DNA of 64,000 nt from Candidatus Woesebacteria bacterium GW2011_GWA1_38_8 (lineage in GTDB: Bacteria > Patescibacteriota > Microgenomatia > UBA8517), in NCBI GenBank assembly GCA_000993025.1, contig LBVJ01000001.1, positions 29,699 to 93,698 of the forward strand, read 5' to 3'. A program made the translations under genes and the position numbers. The notes under the pieces are model-generated. The model made no database searches. It was not told the DNA's origin and saw only the letters and a program-made list of their open reading frames with translations. Shown piece after piece: positions 37,955 through 48,021 of this stretch. Within the stretch, counting starts at the first letter, position 1. Each line of letters opens with the position of its first letter.

Positions 37955-38738
37955 ACTTAATAAACACGATTTATATCGACTAATAGAGAATTTTTGGTTT
38001 GCTCCCAATGATGCTCTTCTTCGATCAGTGGAGGTTTCTATATGGAAAAATATCAAATTCAAAAAACCTGTTATGGAGATTGGAGTGGGCGATGGAATAA
38101 TGGACAAGTTTTTATTTAAAAATAAAATAATCGACGTTGGAATTGATATTGATGCTAAAGGAATAATAAACGCAAAGAATAATTCATTGTATAAAAAGGT
38201 TGTCTTTATGTCTGCGGCAAATATGAATATTCATAACAGCACATTCAATACGATTATTGCAAACAGCACTTTTGAGCATATTAAATATGATCTAAAAGCG
38301 ATTTCTGAAGTATCAAGAGTACTTAAAAAAAATGGTAAATTTATCTTTTGTGTTCCAACAGATAGGTTTGCGGGTCTTCTTAGCCAAAATTCAAAAGATG
38401 AATCGGAAATATTAAGTTACAACAAAAGAGTATCACAATTTCATTACAGATCTTTGAGAGAATGGACAAAAATACTTAAAACCAACGGATTAAAGATCGT
38501 TGATTACAAATATTACTTTCCTGAAAATGTTTTTAAGATGTGGTATAAACTTCACAAATTGGTCGTGTTAAAACCTTACAAAAGGGAACTTTGGTCTTAT
38601 TTAAAAGACTCTCCATTAAGAAAATTTATTCCTGAAACTGTTGTAATCAAATTATTAAAAATATTACTATTACCATATTACTATTCGATAGTGTCGGATG
38701 ATGGTGTTTGGATATTTATAATTTCTCAAAAAACATGA
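37944..38738 (+). CDS. SAM-dependent methyltransferase
   Basis: [11 protein letters not shown] motif I, IDVGIDID motif [12 protein letters not shown] post-III; 264 aa. Confidence 0.6.
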   Translation: MKIKLNKHDLYRLIENFWFAPNDALLRSVEVSIWKNIKFKKPVMEIGVGDGIMDKFLFKNKIIDVGIDIDAKGIINAKNNSLYKKVVFMSAANMNIHNSTFNTIIANSTFEHIKYDLKAISEVSRVLKKNGKFIFCVPTDRFAGLLSQNSKDESEILSYNKRVSQFHYRSLREWTKILKTNGLKIVDYKYYFPENVFKMWYKLHKLVVLKPYKRELWSYLKDSPLRKFIPETVVIKLLKILLLPYYYSIVSDDGVWIFIISQKT

Positions 38739-39859
38739 ATATTGCCGTCTATCACAACGTTCCTCCGGGGGGTGCAAGGAGAACCGTTCTGGAGGAGGTT
38801 AAATATCTCTCGAAAAAGCATGTTGTAGATTTTTATCTAACCTCTCCAAGATATCCCGACATCATGGATGTAAAGCCGTATGTACGCAATTGTTTCAATT
38901 GGGATTTCAGCGTAAAAAACAGATTACCTTCTTTTTTAAATCGTTTAAAAATGGATTTAGATGTATTCATAAAATTGAAGCAGCTTCATAAAAATATTGC
39001 AGATGAAATTAACAGAAGGAATTACGATATTGTATTAGCCCACTCCGATGAATATCTCGAAGCACCGTATCTTCTTCGATACCTTAAGACTAACTCAATT
39101 TATTTTTGTCACGAACCATTAAGAATGGTGTATGAAGATGAACTAAAATTCAATAAGAAAGTGATATTTTACAAATATCTTTATGAGAAAACGGTTCGGA
39201 TTATGAAAAAGTATGACGAAAGATCGAACGTTTATTCTGCTGATTTAATAGTTACCTCATCGAGATTTACAAAGGACAATATATTGAAATATTATAACGT
39301 GGGATCTGTAGTGTGCTATCTGGGTGCGGACAGTATGATTTTTAAGCCCGGTAAGAATAAAACCAAACGACTTCTTTTTATAGGTAATAAAAACAGCATG
39401 GAAGGTTATGATCTTGCATGCAAAATAATCAAACTATTAAAACTCAATTATTTTACATTGAAGGTTCTTGATTTTAAAAACAAGAAGATGAAGATTACAA
39501 ACGATTTTGTTTTATCTAAAGAATATTCAAAGAGTTTTGCTACATTATGTCTTGATCAAAACGAACCCTTTGGTTTGAAAGCTATCGAATCGATGGCTTG
39601 CGGAACTCCTGTCCTGGCTGTAAATGAAGGGGGATACAGGGAGTCTGTAATAGATGGCGTAACGGGTTATCTTCTGCCCAGGAATGCAAAAGCTTTTGCC
39701 TATAAAATAATTGAACTAAATAATCACCCTTCACTTTACAAGAAAATGTCGAACGACTGTGTAAAAGTAGTAGGAAAAAAATGGTCGTGGGAAGATCATG
39801 GGAAAAGGCTGGAAAAGTCGCTGGAAAAGCTTGTAAATTTCAAACGAGCACTTAGGTAA
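38708..39859 (+). CDS. GT4-family glycosyltransferase
   Basis: C-terminal [29 protein letters not shown] motif; 383 aa. Confidence 0.7.
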   Translation: MDIYNFSKNMNIAVYHNVPPGGARRTVLEEVKYLSKKHVVDFYLTSPRYPDIMDVKPYVRNCFNWDFSVKNRLPSFLNRLKMDLDVFIKLKQLHKNIADEINRRNYDIVLAHSDEYLEAPYLLRYLKTNSIYFCHEPLRMVYEDELKFNKKVIFYKYLYEKTVRIMKKYDERSNVYSADLIVTSSRFTKDNILKYYNVGSVVCYLGADSMIFKPGKNKTKRLLFIGNKNSMEGYDLACKIIKLLKLNYFTLKVLDFKNKKMKITNDFVLSKEYSKSFATLCLDQNEPFGLKAIESMACGTPVLAVNEGGYRESVIDGVTGYLLPRNAKAFAYKIIELNNHPSLYKKMSNDCVKVVGKKWSWEDHGKRLEKSLEKLVNFKRALR

Positions 39860-39866
39860 TCAAAAT

Positions 39867-42128
39867 ATGATACAAGTAAAGTTATCCATAATAATTCTCA
39901 ACTATAATAGCGATAATAATACAATCTGCTGCATTGAAAGTATTAAAAGATCACGCTTTGATACCCGCTACGAAATAATTGTTGTTGATAATAGCGACAA
40001 GAAGTCCTTAGATCGTAAACTTCGCACAAGTCACAAAGGTGTTGTATACATTAAAAGCAAAAATAGAGGTTATGGTGCAGGAAATAACCTGGGAATAAAA
40101 TATGCAAAAGGGGAATACATATTTATAATTAATCCCGACAGTATAGTATTTCCCAAAACACTCCAAACCCTATCCGGATATTTAGATAAAAATCCCGATA
40201 CGGCAATTGTTGCACCGAATTTGTATGACAAAAATGAAAAGCTCTTTATTCAGATGGGGTCAAGAGAGTTGACACCTATAAGAGCCATCTTTTCATTATC
40301 TCTACTTAACAAGGTATTTCCAAAAAATCCGGTATCTAAACGATACTACCTTTTTGATAAACCATTGGACTGCTTACGGGAAGCCGATGCCGTTCCCGGA
40401 TCTGCATTTATGATGAGAAAAGCTATTTTTGTAAAAGCAGGAAAATTTGACGAAAATATGTTTTTGTATTTTGAAGAATCGGATCTTGGTAAAAGAATTC
40501 GTAAAATGGAGTATAAGATTGTGATCAACCCAAAGGCAAAAGTAATTCACAAATGGGAAGCTGTGAAAGAAAATGAGAACTTGGGTAAGCATTTTCAGGA
40601 TAGCCGGCTTTACTATTTACGAAAACACTTTGGCATTGTTCCGGCATTGATATCCGAGGCTGTGTGCAGACTATCGTTTTATGATATTGCATTCATAATG
40701 ATATTTATTATCGGAGCATTTTTTAGATTTTATAAGATCGATTCGCAATTTTATTTTGATTCGGAAACGGCTGACAACCTACTTGTTATGAAAAACCAGA
40801 TAGAAAATCGCACGATTCCGCTCGTTGGACCTCCGACCTCTCACCCATGGCTATATTTTGCGCCGTTATTCTATTGGCTATATATTCCGATAATGATTAT
40901 CACAAAGTACGAACCTCTCTATCATTTTATATTCGGGAATATTATTAACCTGTTGTCGGTGATTCTTTATTATATCGTTGTAAAAATTTATTGGGGTAAA
41001 AAAACGGCAATTCTGACATCTATATTTATGTCGTTTTCCCCCTATCTGATCACATTTTCATGGTCAGCAAGATTTTATACCTATGTACTTCCGCTTTCCG
41101 CGGTATATCTGCATTTTCTTTTTAAGTCATTTCTGGATAGCAAGTATATATTTTGGTTATTTCTTATACTTGGTGTATTTTGCAGTTTTCACTATACGCC
41201 AATCATCTTACTGCCGATAACGATGTTAATATTTTTGTTAAAACGGATGAAAATAGACCGTTATGTATTATTAAGCGGAATTGCAGGGTTTGTGATACCA
41301 GTGATTCCTTTAATAATCGATGGCATAAAGAATAATTTTTCTATGCTTGTAAAATTTCTGATTTGGATTCCGTACAGATTATTTGGATTTACCGGAGTGA
41401 CTTCAGAAAAAGAGATCTTTTCCACAAAAACAAGTGTTCTTTCGATAATGACATATTTCAATTGTTTATTCGGAATTAGTAGTAATTACATCTTTATTTC
41501 TTTTGTTATAGCATCCATTTTCATAATCGTGATTGCGCGAAGTTTTGCAGCAAGTCATATGCGAAATATTTTTATTAGTCCTCATAATCAAAATACGGTA
41601 GTGACGTTATACATCGTTTTATTATCGCTAATATTTTTATTTCTGCACGGAGAGGCACCTATGCATTATTATTTATTCATTACCCCAATGTTATTTATCT
41701 TGATTGCGAAAGCATTGCTGTTGATGGTCGGTCACTACAAACACATTGTACTTGTGACATTCTTTGCGATAATTATTATTATGATATTTAGCGACCTTTC
41801 ACTTATAAATTGCCGAGATAAAAGTGATTCATATAATATTTTGGAAAAAGCGACGGAAATTATTGCCGAGGATTGTAATGGCTGTCATTATAAATTGAAA
41901 AGAATTGGAGAGAATGATGATTTCACAAGAGATTTTGCACAAAATTATCAATATCTTTTAGAGATGAAGGGAATTAATCCAACTGCTGTTGGAGATATAA
42001 TAATATCAAGTGAAATTCCTGAAATTGAATATACGATAGTAGAAAATATAAAGATGAAAGAATATCTGGAGGAAGAAGAGATTCTGTTCGATGAGAACGG
42101 CATTGTTATTTTAAAAAGACTTATATGA
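39867..42128 (+). CDS. GT2 glycosyltransferase (rhamnosyltransferase-like) fused to a large C-terminal polytopic membrane domain
   Basis: 753 aa. Residues 1-260: GT2 (LSIIILNYNS, IVVDNSD, INPDS DxD-like). Residues 270-700: ~12 TM helices of GT-C/ArnT-like character. Confidence 0.6.
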   Translation: MIQVKLSIIILNYNSDNNTICCIESIKRSRFDTRYEIIVVDNSDKKSLDRKLRTSHKGVVYIKSKNRGYGAGNNLGIKYAKGEYIFIINPDSIVFPKTLQTLSGYLDKNPDTAIVAPNLYDKNEKLFIQMGSRELTPIRAIFSLSLLNKVFPKNPVSKRYYLFDKPLDCLREADAVPGSAFMMRKAIFVKAGKFDENMFLYFEESDLGKRIRKMEYKIVINPKAKVIHKWEAVKENENLGKHFQDSRLYYLRKHFGIVPALISEAVCRLSFYDIAFIMIFIIGAFFRFYKIDSQFYFDSETADNLLVMKNQIENRTIPLVGPPTSHPWLYFAPLFYWLYIPIMIITKYEPLYHFIFGNIINLLSVILYYIVVKIYWGKKTAILTSIFMSFSPYLITFSWSARFYTYVLPLSAVYLHFLFKSFLDSKYIFWLFLILGVFCSFHYTPIILLPITMLIFLLKRMKIDRYVLLSGIAGFVIPVIPLIIDGIKNNFSMLVKFLIWIPYRLFGFTGVTSEKEIFSTKTSVLSIMTYFNCLFGISSNYIFISFVIASIFIIVIARSFAASHMRNIFISPHNQNTVVTLYIVLLSLIFLFLHGEAPMHYYLFITPMLFILIAKALLLMVGHYKHIVLVTFFAIIIIMIFSDLSLINCRDKSDSYNILEKATEIIAEDCNGCHYKLKRIGENDDFTRDFAQNYQYLLEMKGINPTAVGDIIISSEIPEIEYTIVENIKMKEYLEEEEILFDENGIVILKRLI

Positions 42129-42865
42129 AAATATCGGCTGTAGTTTTGACAAAAAACAGTGCTGACAAAATAAAATCCCTATATACCTCGCTTAAAGGAT
42201 TTGATGAAATTATTTTTATTGACGACGGTTCAACAGATAAAACAAAAGCTCTATGCTCTAAATTCGGTATCACGTATATAAAAAGAGCACTTAAGGCTGA
42301 TTTTTCATCGCAAAGAAATTATGCTCTTGATACAGCAAATAATGATTGGGTCTTCTTTCTTGACAGCGATGAAAAAGTTAACTCCATCTTTACTAATGAG
42401 GTGCGGGAAAATATAAAAATAGGAGGATATAACGGTTACTATATAAAGCGGATAAATATATTTTTTGATCATAAAGTAATGGGAACCGAAATGGGTGAGC
42501 AGCATATAATCCGGTTGGCTAATAAATCATACGGAAGATGGAAAAGAAAAGTACATGAATATTGGGATGTTAAAAAGCCTTTGGGAGAAATATCTGAATC
42601 AGTTGTGCATACAACTGCTAATTCGATCACTGAATTTATAAATAAGATCATTATGTATTATGTAATTCACGCTGAAGAAAATATGGGGTCGGGAAAAAAA
42701 TCAAATTTTTACAAAGTAATATTATTTCCACTTCTTAAGTGTATTAAAAATTTTATTTTTCTGAATGGGTATAAAGACGGTGTTTATGGATTTGTGATAT
42801 CGGTTCTTATGTCCTTTCACTCGTATTTGTCCTGGTCGCAGATGTGGTTAAAAAGTAGACGCTGA
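42125..42865 (+). CDS. GT2-family glycosyltransferase
   Basis: ISAVVLTKNSADKI...IIFIDDGSTDKT, FLDSDE (DxD); 246 aa. Confidence 0.7.
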   Translation: MKISAVVLTKNSADKIKSLYTSLKGFDEIIFIDDGSTDKTKALCSKFGITYIKRALKADFSSQRNYALDTANNDWVFFLDSDEKVNSIFTNEVRENIKIGGYNGYYIKRINIFFDHKVMGTEMGEQHIIRLANKSYGRWKRKVHEYWDVKKPLGEISESVVHTTANSITEFINKIIMYYVIHAEENMGSGKKSNFYKVILFPLLKCIKNFIFLNGYKDGVYGFVISVLMSFHSYLSWSQMWLKSRR

Positions 42866-42915
42866 ATCATGTGGTTTGAATATTGAAATATGAACATAGA
42901 ATATTGGGATAATAT

Positions 42916-44091
42916 ATGAAGATTTTAAGAGTGTATGCTTGCATTCTATTCCTCTCCTTTTGCTTTCTTCTGCCCTTCGGACAATTGTTGAGGTATGAAA
43001 CCTATTTATTTAGTAAATATATTGTTATTCACCCCGTTGATGTTGTTGTCCTTCTATCGTTGCCGTATTTATTGCTATCAAAGAAGAACTCCTATTTTAT
43101 TCACTCAAACAAACTTATTCTGGTGTTAATATTTTCCATGATTTTTTCTCTAAATATTTTTATGGTTAAGGATCTTATGGTAGGCTTTTTGTATTTGATT
43201 CGGTTAATATCATATTTCTCTTTTGCGCATTCTATTTATTATTTGTCTACCGGGGACAAAGTGAAAGAAAAAATAATTACATTTCTATATTTATCTATCA
43301 CATCATTTTTAATTATTGGTTTTGTACAATATATATATTATTTCGACCTTCGTGATCTATATAATATAGGGTGGGATGATCATTATTTCCGATTTGTTTC
43401 AACATTGTTTGACCCTGCCTATACGGCATTGGTTTTAATCATAGGTTTAATAATATTGCTGGAATTTAACTTGCCGATATCGAAATATTTGAAATATATT
43501 TTCACTGTTCTTTTTATCATCTCTATATTATTAACCTTTTCGAGAGCGGGTTATTTAACATTGATAGGATACTTTTTGATTAAATATAAAAAATACGTCT
43601 TGAAGATTTTATTAATTTCAGTCGCAATAATTTTATTTATACTGATCCTTCCAAAGCCAAAAAGTTCCGGGGTCGAAATATATCGTACTTTTAGTATTTA
43701 TTCCAGGTTAGATAATTATTATGAAACTTTTAATATATTCAAGATTCATCCTTTATTTGGAATTGGCTTTAATAACATATGCCTTTATAGGGTTGGATAT
43801 CTAAATGTCGACAACATAAAGTCACATTCTTGTTCGGGAAGTGATTCGTCTATTCTTTTACTCTTGGCGTCGAGTGGAATATTGGGATTAGTAACTTTTA
43901 TTAATGTTATTTTCAATTTTATTAAAAATCCTATCACAAACTCTTACAACAGGATGTTATTTTATCTGATATTTATAACATTAATTAATTCGCTTTTTAA
44001 TAATAGCCTTTTTTACAATTATTTAATGGGGGTATATGCAATTATATTAGGTCTGGCGGGACCAGCTTTCATTCCTCAAAGAAAAGAGTGA
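42916..44091 (+). CDS. O-antigen ligase/polymerase-like (Wzy_C family) membrane protein
   Basis: 391 aa, ~10 TM. Periplasmic loop FSRAGYLTLIGYF with the conserved Arg, typical of the Wzy_C/O-antigen ligase domain. Confidence 0.5.
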   Translation: MKILRVYACILFLSFCFLLPFGQLLRYETYLFSKYIVIHPVDVVVLLSLPYLLLSKKNSYFIHSNKLILVLIFSMIFSLNIFMVKDLMVGFLYLIRLISYFSFAHSIYYLSTGDKVKEKIITFLYLSITSFLIIGFVQYIYYFDLRDLYNIGWDDHYFRFVSTLFDPAYTALVLIIGLIILLEFNLPISKYLKYIFTVLFIISILLTFSRAGYLTLIGYFLIKYKKYVLKILLISVAIILFILILPKPKSSGVEIYRTFSIYSRLDNYYETFNIFKIHPLFGIGFNNICLYRVGYLNVDNIKSHSCSGSDSSILLLLASSGILGLVTFINVIFNFIKNPITNSYNRMLFYLIFITLINSLFNNSLFYNYLMGVYAIILGLAGPAFIPQRKE

Positions 44092-44779
44092 TCTTCTTTT
44101 CAGAAATGTTACCGGCAGGGTCTGTTGATTTGATCGTAAGTATATTCTCACCGGTGTTTAATCTGTATTTAAAGATAAAACTACCGTCATCGGCTAGCCC
44201 AACATACCGGTCGTTAATCGTGACCGTAGAAGTACTATCGCTTACCCCCTTTATTTCAACCGTCATATTCTCAGTTCCATAAAATATCGTATTATCTTGC
44301 GGTAAGGATATTTCTATATCAGGCGGTGTTTTATCGAGAATAACATTATATTCAATGGTCTTCGAGCTTGAATTGCCGGAACTATCCGTTGAATAAAAAT
44401 AGAATTTGTTATCACCTTCCGTAAGATCTACCTTAAACAAAAAACTACCGGTGCTTCCAGCAACCACATCCGTTTTGCCGTGATTCGTTTGCAGTGTTAC
44501 TATAGAACCGCTTTCGGTTTCCCCTTTTATATCTATGGCTGAAGATGATGTATGGAGAGGAAGAGAGTAAATATATGGTATTCTCGGAGGAATATTATCA
44601 TAAGAAGGGTTACTTTGATCTGATATTTTTATATCAGTAATAAGATTAATAATGTTAACCAATATTTTTATTCCTAAGATCGAAAAAAGTAATACCGTAA
44701 TGATTGTCATAAAGAGAAATAATACAGACCGTTTGCGGTAATTCCTCTGTTTGTTTTTATTTCTGAGGGAATAATACAT
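44069..44779 (-). CDS. Membrane-anchored surface protein with Ig-like (Big-type) beta-sandwich repeats
   Basis: 236 aa; N-terminal TM anchor, then two ~80-aa repeats rich in T/S/G/D (TPPRIPYIYS..., TPPDIEISLP...) resembling bacterial Ig-like domains. Confidence 0.4.
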   Translation of the reverse strand: MYYSLRNKNKQRNYRKRSVLFLFMTIITVLLFSILGIKILVNIINLITDIKISDQSNPSYDNIPPRIPYIYSLPLHTSSSAIDIKGETESGSIVTLQTNHGKTDVVAGSTGSFLFKVDLTEGDNKFYFYSTDSSGNSSSKTIEYNVILDKTPPDIEISLPQDNTIFYGTENMTVEIKGVSDSTSTVTINDRYVGLADDGSFIFKYRLNTGENILTIKSTDPAGNISEKKITLFFEE

Positions 44780-44897
44780 ACATCTATAGATCGATAACTC
44801 GTACCATATTCCAAACTGAGCCGATGAGAGGAGTTGACAATTTTATAATAATTGGCTACTTTCCCCTAACCAAATTGCTCTACATGATTAATACTTG

Positions 44898-44970
44898 AGC
44901 CTACGGTCGGATTTGAACCGACGACCCACGGTTTACGATACCGTTGCTCTACCAACTGAGCTACGTAGGC
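44898..44970 (-). tRNA. tRNA-Thr (anticodon CGU)
   Basis: Reverse complement GCCTACG-TA-GCTC-AGTTGGTA-GAGC-A-ACGGT-ATCGTAA-ACCGT-GGGTC-GTCGG-TTCAAAT-CCGAC-CGTAGGC-T; anticodon CGT; all stems Watson-Crick. Confidence 0.85.
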
Positions 44971-45051
44971 ATTAGATTATTATTCAATATACAAAGAGAT
45001 ACCTGAAACAACCAAAAGAAACTTATGAAATTATAACAAATATTGAGGAAA

Positions 45052-45366
45052 TTATTCGTAGTAACCCGATTCTGATAGGCAATCGACGAGAGCTTCATCA
45101 AATGTTTTTTCTGTGTCTATTTTATAAATATCCTTTTTTTGAATAAGATTGGTGGTCTTTTCAGCAATGTCAGCACAGGATGCATAAACTATCTGGGGAC
45201 GGTAATTATTCCAAATTCCAACACCCAAAAATAAAGCTGAGGATACAAAGACAATTAAATACAATTTGCCTTTATATTTTTCCATACATACATTATGAAT
45301 ATTAATCAAAGGTTTTGTCAATAGATCCTCAACAAAAGAATTACAGAGCGGAATCTTGAGAAGCAA
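45052..45366 (-). CDS. Small hypothetical exported/membrane protein
   Basis: 104-aa ORF. More likely starts at the internal MEKYKGKLYLIVFVSSALFLGVGIW (hydrophobic N-terminus), giving ~77 aa; no family recognised. Confidence 0.3.
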   Translation of the reverse strand: MLLKIPLCNSFVEDLLTKPLINIHNVCMEKYKGKLYLIVFVSSALFLGVGIWNNYRPQIVYASCADIAEKTTNLIQKKDIYKIDTEKTFDEALVDCLSESGYYE

Positions 45367-45416
45367 TTTTGGTATGATCCCGTTCTTCAGGAAACCAATG
45401 CTTCCTTATCTGGATG

Positions 45417-45487
45417 AGCGGGTAAGGGGAGTTGAACCCCTTTCTGTTCCTTGGGAAGGAACCGTTAGGCCGATTAACTATACCCGC
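45417..45487 (-). tRNA. tRNA-Gly (anticodon CCC)
   Basis: Reverse complement GCGGGTA-TA-GTTA-ATCGGCC-TAAC-G-GTTCC-TTCCCAA-GGAAC-AGAA-AGGGG-TTCAACT-CCCCT-TACCCGC; anticodon CCC; short variable loop typical of tRNA-Gly. Confidence 0.8.
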
Positions 45488-45515
45488 AGAGTACACAGGT
45501 ATTATTTTAATTGCT

Positions 45516-46145
45516 TTATCGGGGTATTACAAATACGTTTCCGGAGTGAATAAGATTGGGGTTTTTGAGTCCATTAGCGTTTGCAATCTCGGTCCACTTA
45601 TACCCATCACCGTATAATTTTACCGATATGTTCCAAAGGCTATCACCCTTCGCTACAGTATAAGTTTCTTGAGATCCCCCGTTTTCATCACCGTCAGACA
45701 CTTCTTCGTTTTGAGAGGGCGTTGCAGATAAAGTCGGCAATACCTGTTCGGGTGTTGAAGAAATGTCATCACTTTCGGTTTCAGTTTCTGGGATAGATTC
45801 CTTTTCAGGTATAACCAACTCCTGACCTTCTTCAAGAATATATGGTTCCTGAATGTCATTAGCTTCAGAAATTAAAGTCCAATCATATCCGGATCCATAG
45901 TAATTTTCCGATATGTTCCACAGATCATCTCCTTTTTGAACGGTATATTTGTCAGAAATTGAGTCTTCTTCTGTTCCTATAGACGGAACTACTTCTCCCT
46001 CTTCTGTTGGGGAATAGTTTTTAATGCTAAATAAACCAACAATAACAATAACGATCGCGCCGATTATCATGCTTATTCCCGACTCGTTATTTTTAATAGT
46101 TTTTTCGATGCTATTGTTGCTGTTTTTGCTTTTGGTCTTAACCAT
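45516..46145 (-). CDS. Membrane-anchored protein with two LysM peptidoglycan-binding domains
   Basis: Two LysM repeats (YTVQKGDDLWNISENYYGSGYDWTLISEAN...ELVIP and YTVAKGDSLWNISVKLYGDGYKWTEIANAN...VFVIP) separated by an acidic S/T/E-rich linker; N-terminal TM. Confidence 0.75.
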   Translation of the reverse strand: MVKTKSKNSNNSIEKTIKNNESGISMIIGAIVIVIVGLFSIKNYSPTEEGEVVPSIGTEEDSISDKYTVQKGDDLWNISENYYGSGYDWTLISEANDIQEPYILEEGQELVIPEKESIPETETESDDISSTPEQVLPTLSATPSQNEEVSDGDENGGSQETYTVAKGDSLWNISVKLYGDGYKWTEIANANGLKNPNLIHSGNVFVIPR

Positions 46146-46357
46146 AATATTATGACTTATATTTTATTTATATAAAATGCAGCTTTAGTACTATTTATGA
46201 GTGGAATTTATACTATAAGTTTTATTTTGTCAATAGTAATGTTTAAATAATAATTTAGATTGCACATTCATATTCAATCATATATTACAAAATATCTTAT
46301 ACAAACAGGGGGATTACGGCATATAATTATGTAATTTTCTATAATATAATCTTAAAT

Positions 46358-47023
46358 ATGGACAAAGTAAAAATTATTTCTAACGAAGAAATTGCGAACA
46401 ATGTGAGATCGTTTAAAGTTGAGAAGCCAAAAGGCTACCGTTTCGTTCCCGGTCAAGCAGTAAAAATATTTATTGAGAAAAAAGAGTTTAGGGACGATGG
46501 TCATCCTTTTACTTTGACATCATTAAATAGTGATAATTTCCTGGAATTTTTTATAAAGCAATATCCGGAAAGTGACGGATTTACAAAAACCCTGCATCTT
46601 TTCAATCCGGGAGACAGCATTTTAATTGATGAGCTGTTTGGAAGCATCATCTACAAAGGAACCGGCTTGTTTTTAGCTGCAGGTTCAGGCATAACTCCAT
46701 TCATTTCAATTTTTAGAGATCTTATTAACAGGGGTGGTGTTTCCGATAACGGCTTATTATTCAGTAATAAAACATTTGAGGATATTATATTGTATAACGA
46801 GATAAAAAAAATGTTTTCACATAATGATAGATTAGTTTTCACTCTCTCTCAGGAAGAAAGAACCGGTTTTGCGTATGGACGTATTAACAGATGGATGTTG
46901 AGAAGATATATGCAATCCGGAGATAAGTTATATATTTGCGGACCCAAGTCATTTGTGAAAAATTTATCTTTGATCGCTTATGAATTCGGTAAATCAGAAA
47001 ATGATGTTATCTTTGAGAGATAG
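46358..47023 (+). CDS. Ferredoxin-NADP reductase-like (FAD-binding FR-type) oxidoreductase
   Basis: RFVPGQAVKI...HPFTLTS FAD-binding motif (RxYS-like) and NAD(P)-binding GSGITPFISI glycine motif; 221 aa. Confidence 0.6.
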   Translation: MDKVKIISNEEIANNVRSFKVEKPKGYRFVPGQAVKIFIEKKEFRDDGHPFTLTSLNSDNFLEFFIKQYPESDGFTKTLHLFNPGDSILIDELFGSIIYKGTGLFLAAGSGITPFISIFRDLINRGGVSDNGLLFSNKTFEDIILYNEIKKMFSHNDRLVFTLSQEERTGFAYGRINRWMLRRYMQSGDKLYICGPKSFVKNLSLIAYEFGKSENDVIFER

Positions 47024-47603
47024 TTGATCTTGTAAACACATAGGACATATTCGTAATGGTTGTAATATGATAATTATATTTACTCAATATACGAGTAATA
47101 TATTTATTCATATTTAATTTCTCTCCCATATCCTCTCTCTCAAGGCAGATTACTTCAGGGCTGATTTCTTCTTTGAGAAATGCTTTTACGATCGAATAGC
47201 TTAAACCTTCAGCATCAATATTCAAAAAATCAACCTTTATATTTTTAATAAATTTCTGATTTATATATTTAATACTTTTAACAGTACACACTTCGGAACG
47301 TATAAATTTTGATTGTCCTGACGTAATGACCGCTTTATAATTACTATAATTGAAAGTATTTAGCGCTTCATCTTCGAATATGTAGTATTTTTTAGAGTCA
47401 TTTTTAATACCTAATGCGAAATTCAGGTTAATGTCGCGTTTTCTTGCGATCTTAAATAACTTAATATTATTTTCATTAGGCTCAATGTTAATTCCGCTCC
47501 AGCCTTTCTGGTATAGCTTCTGAGTGTTTGAAAATTTATAAGGATGAAACGCACCAATATCTACATAAAATCCGTCCTTTTTATCCCTAAATATTCTCTC
47601 CAA
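47007..47603 (-). CDS. FkbM-family methyltransferase
   Basis: FYVDIGAFHPYKFSNTQKLYQKGWSGINIEPNENNIKLFK matches the FkbM-domain N-terminal motif (DIGAN.G..T....GW.G...EP). Confidence 0.6.
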   Translation of the reverse strand: MERIFRDKKDGFYVDIGAFHPYKFSNTQKLYQKGWSGINIEPNENNIKLFKIARKRDINLNFALGIKNDSKKYYIFEDEALNTFNYSNYKAVITSGQSKFIRSEVCTVKSIKYINQKFIKNIKVDFLNIDAEGLSYSIVKAFLKEEISPEVICLEREDMGEKLNMNKYITRILSKYNYHITTITNMSYVFTRSTISQR

Positions 47604-47790
47604 GATAAGATAAATACCGGTCTATGATCAAATCTTCCCCATCTTGGGAATAACTGGTATTCCAGTATAAAAAAGGTAGGTTTAGATGGCAGGATATATA
47701 CGATTTTATTATTCTTGAAGTAATATTTGTCATTAAAGATGTTGTTCAACAAAGAATTAAATAGTATAATTCCGTATATTTTATAATTTA

Positions 47791-47934
47791 TGGGGTCATA
47801 ACACAACGTTATGCCTCCACTACGTGGGGTCATAACAACCTCCGCTTTGCGGAGAACGTTGTGCCCCTAAAACAACTTTTGGGGTCATAAGAACATCTGC
47901 ATTGCAGATAACCTTGAGACCCCAAACAAACTTT
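47791..47934 (+). repeat. Three decayed tandem units, each beginning with the tRNA-Asp 5' acceptor sequence (T)GGGGTCATAA and carrying its own hairpin, directly abutting tRNA-Asp
   Basis: Units at 47791, 47825 and 47881 all start GGGGTCATAA(C/G)A, like the tRNA 5' end at 47935. Internal perfect hairpins differ but are compensatory (CTCCGC-ttt-GCGGAG vs ATCTGC-att-GCAGAT). Units 2 and 3 end in GTGCCCC / GAGACCCC, quasi-complementary to the 5' GGGGTCA. Confidence 0.5.
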
Positions 47935-48008
47935 GGGGTCATAGCTCAACTGGTTAGAGCGCTTCCCTGTCACGGAAGAGGTTGCGGGTTCGAGTCCCGT
48001 TGACCCCG
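47935..48008 (+). tRNA. tRNA-Asp (anticodon GUC)
   Basis: GGGGTCA-TA-GCTC-AACTGGTTA-GAGC-G-CTTCC-CTGTCAC-GGAAG-AGGTT-GCGGG-TTCGAGT-CCCGT-TGACCCC-G; anticodon GTC. Confidence 0.9.
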
Positions 48009-48021
48009 CAAATAAAAATAT

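Noticed and set aside
47791-47934. Checked whether the tandem units upstream of tRNA-Asp could be a CRISPR array
   Set aside because: Units are of unequal length (34, 56, 54 nt) with no constant repeat/variable spacer alternation, and no cas genes nearby. They are tRNA-5'-end-derived, not CRISPR repeats.
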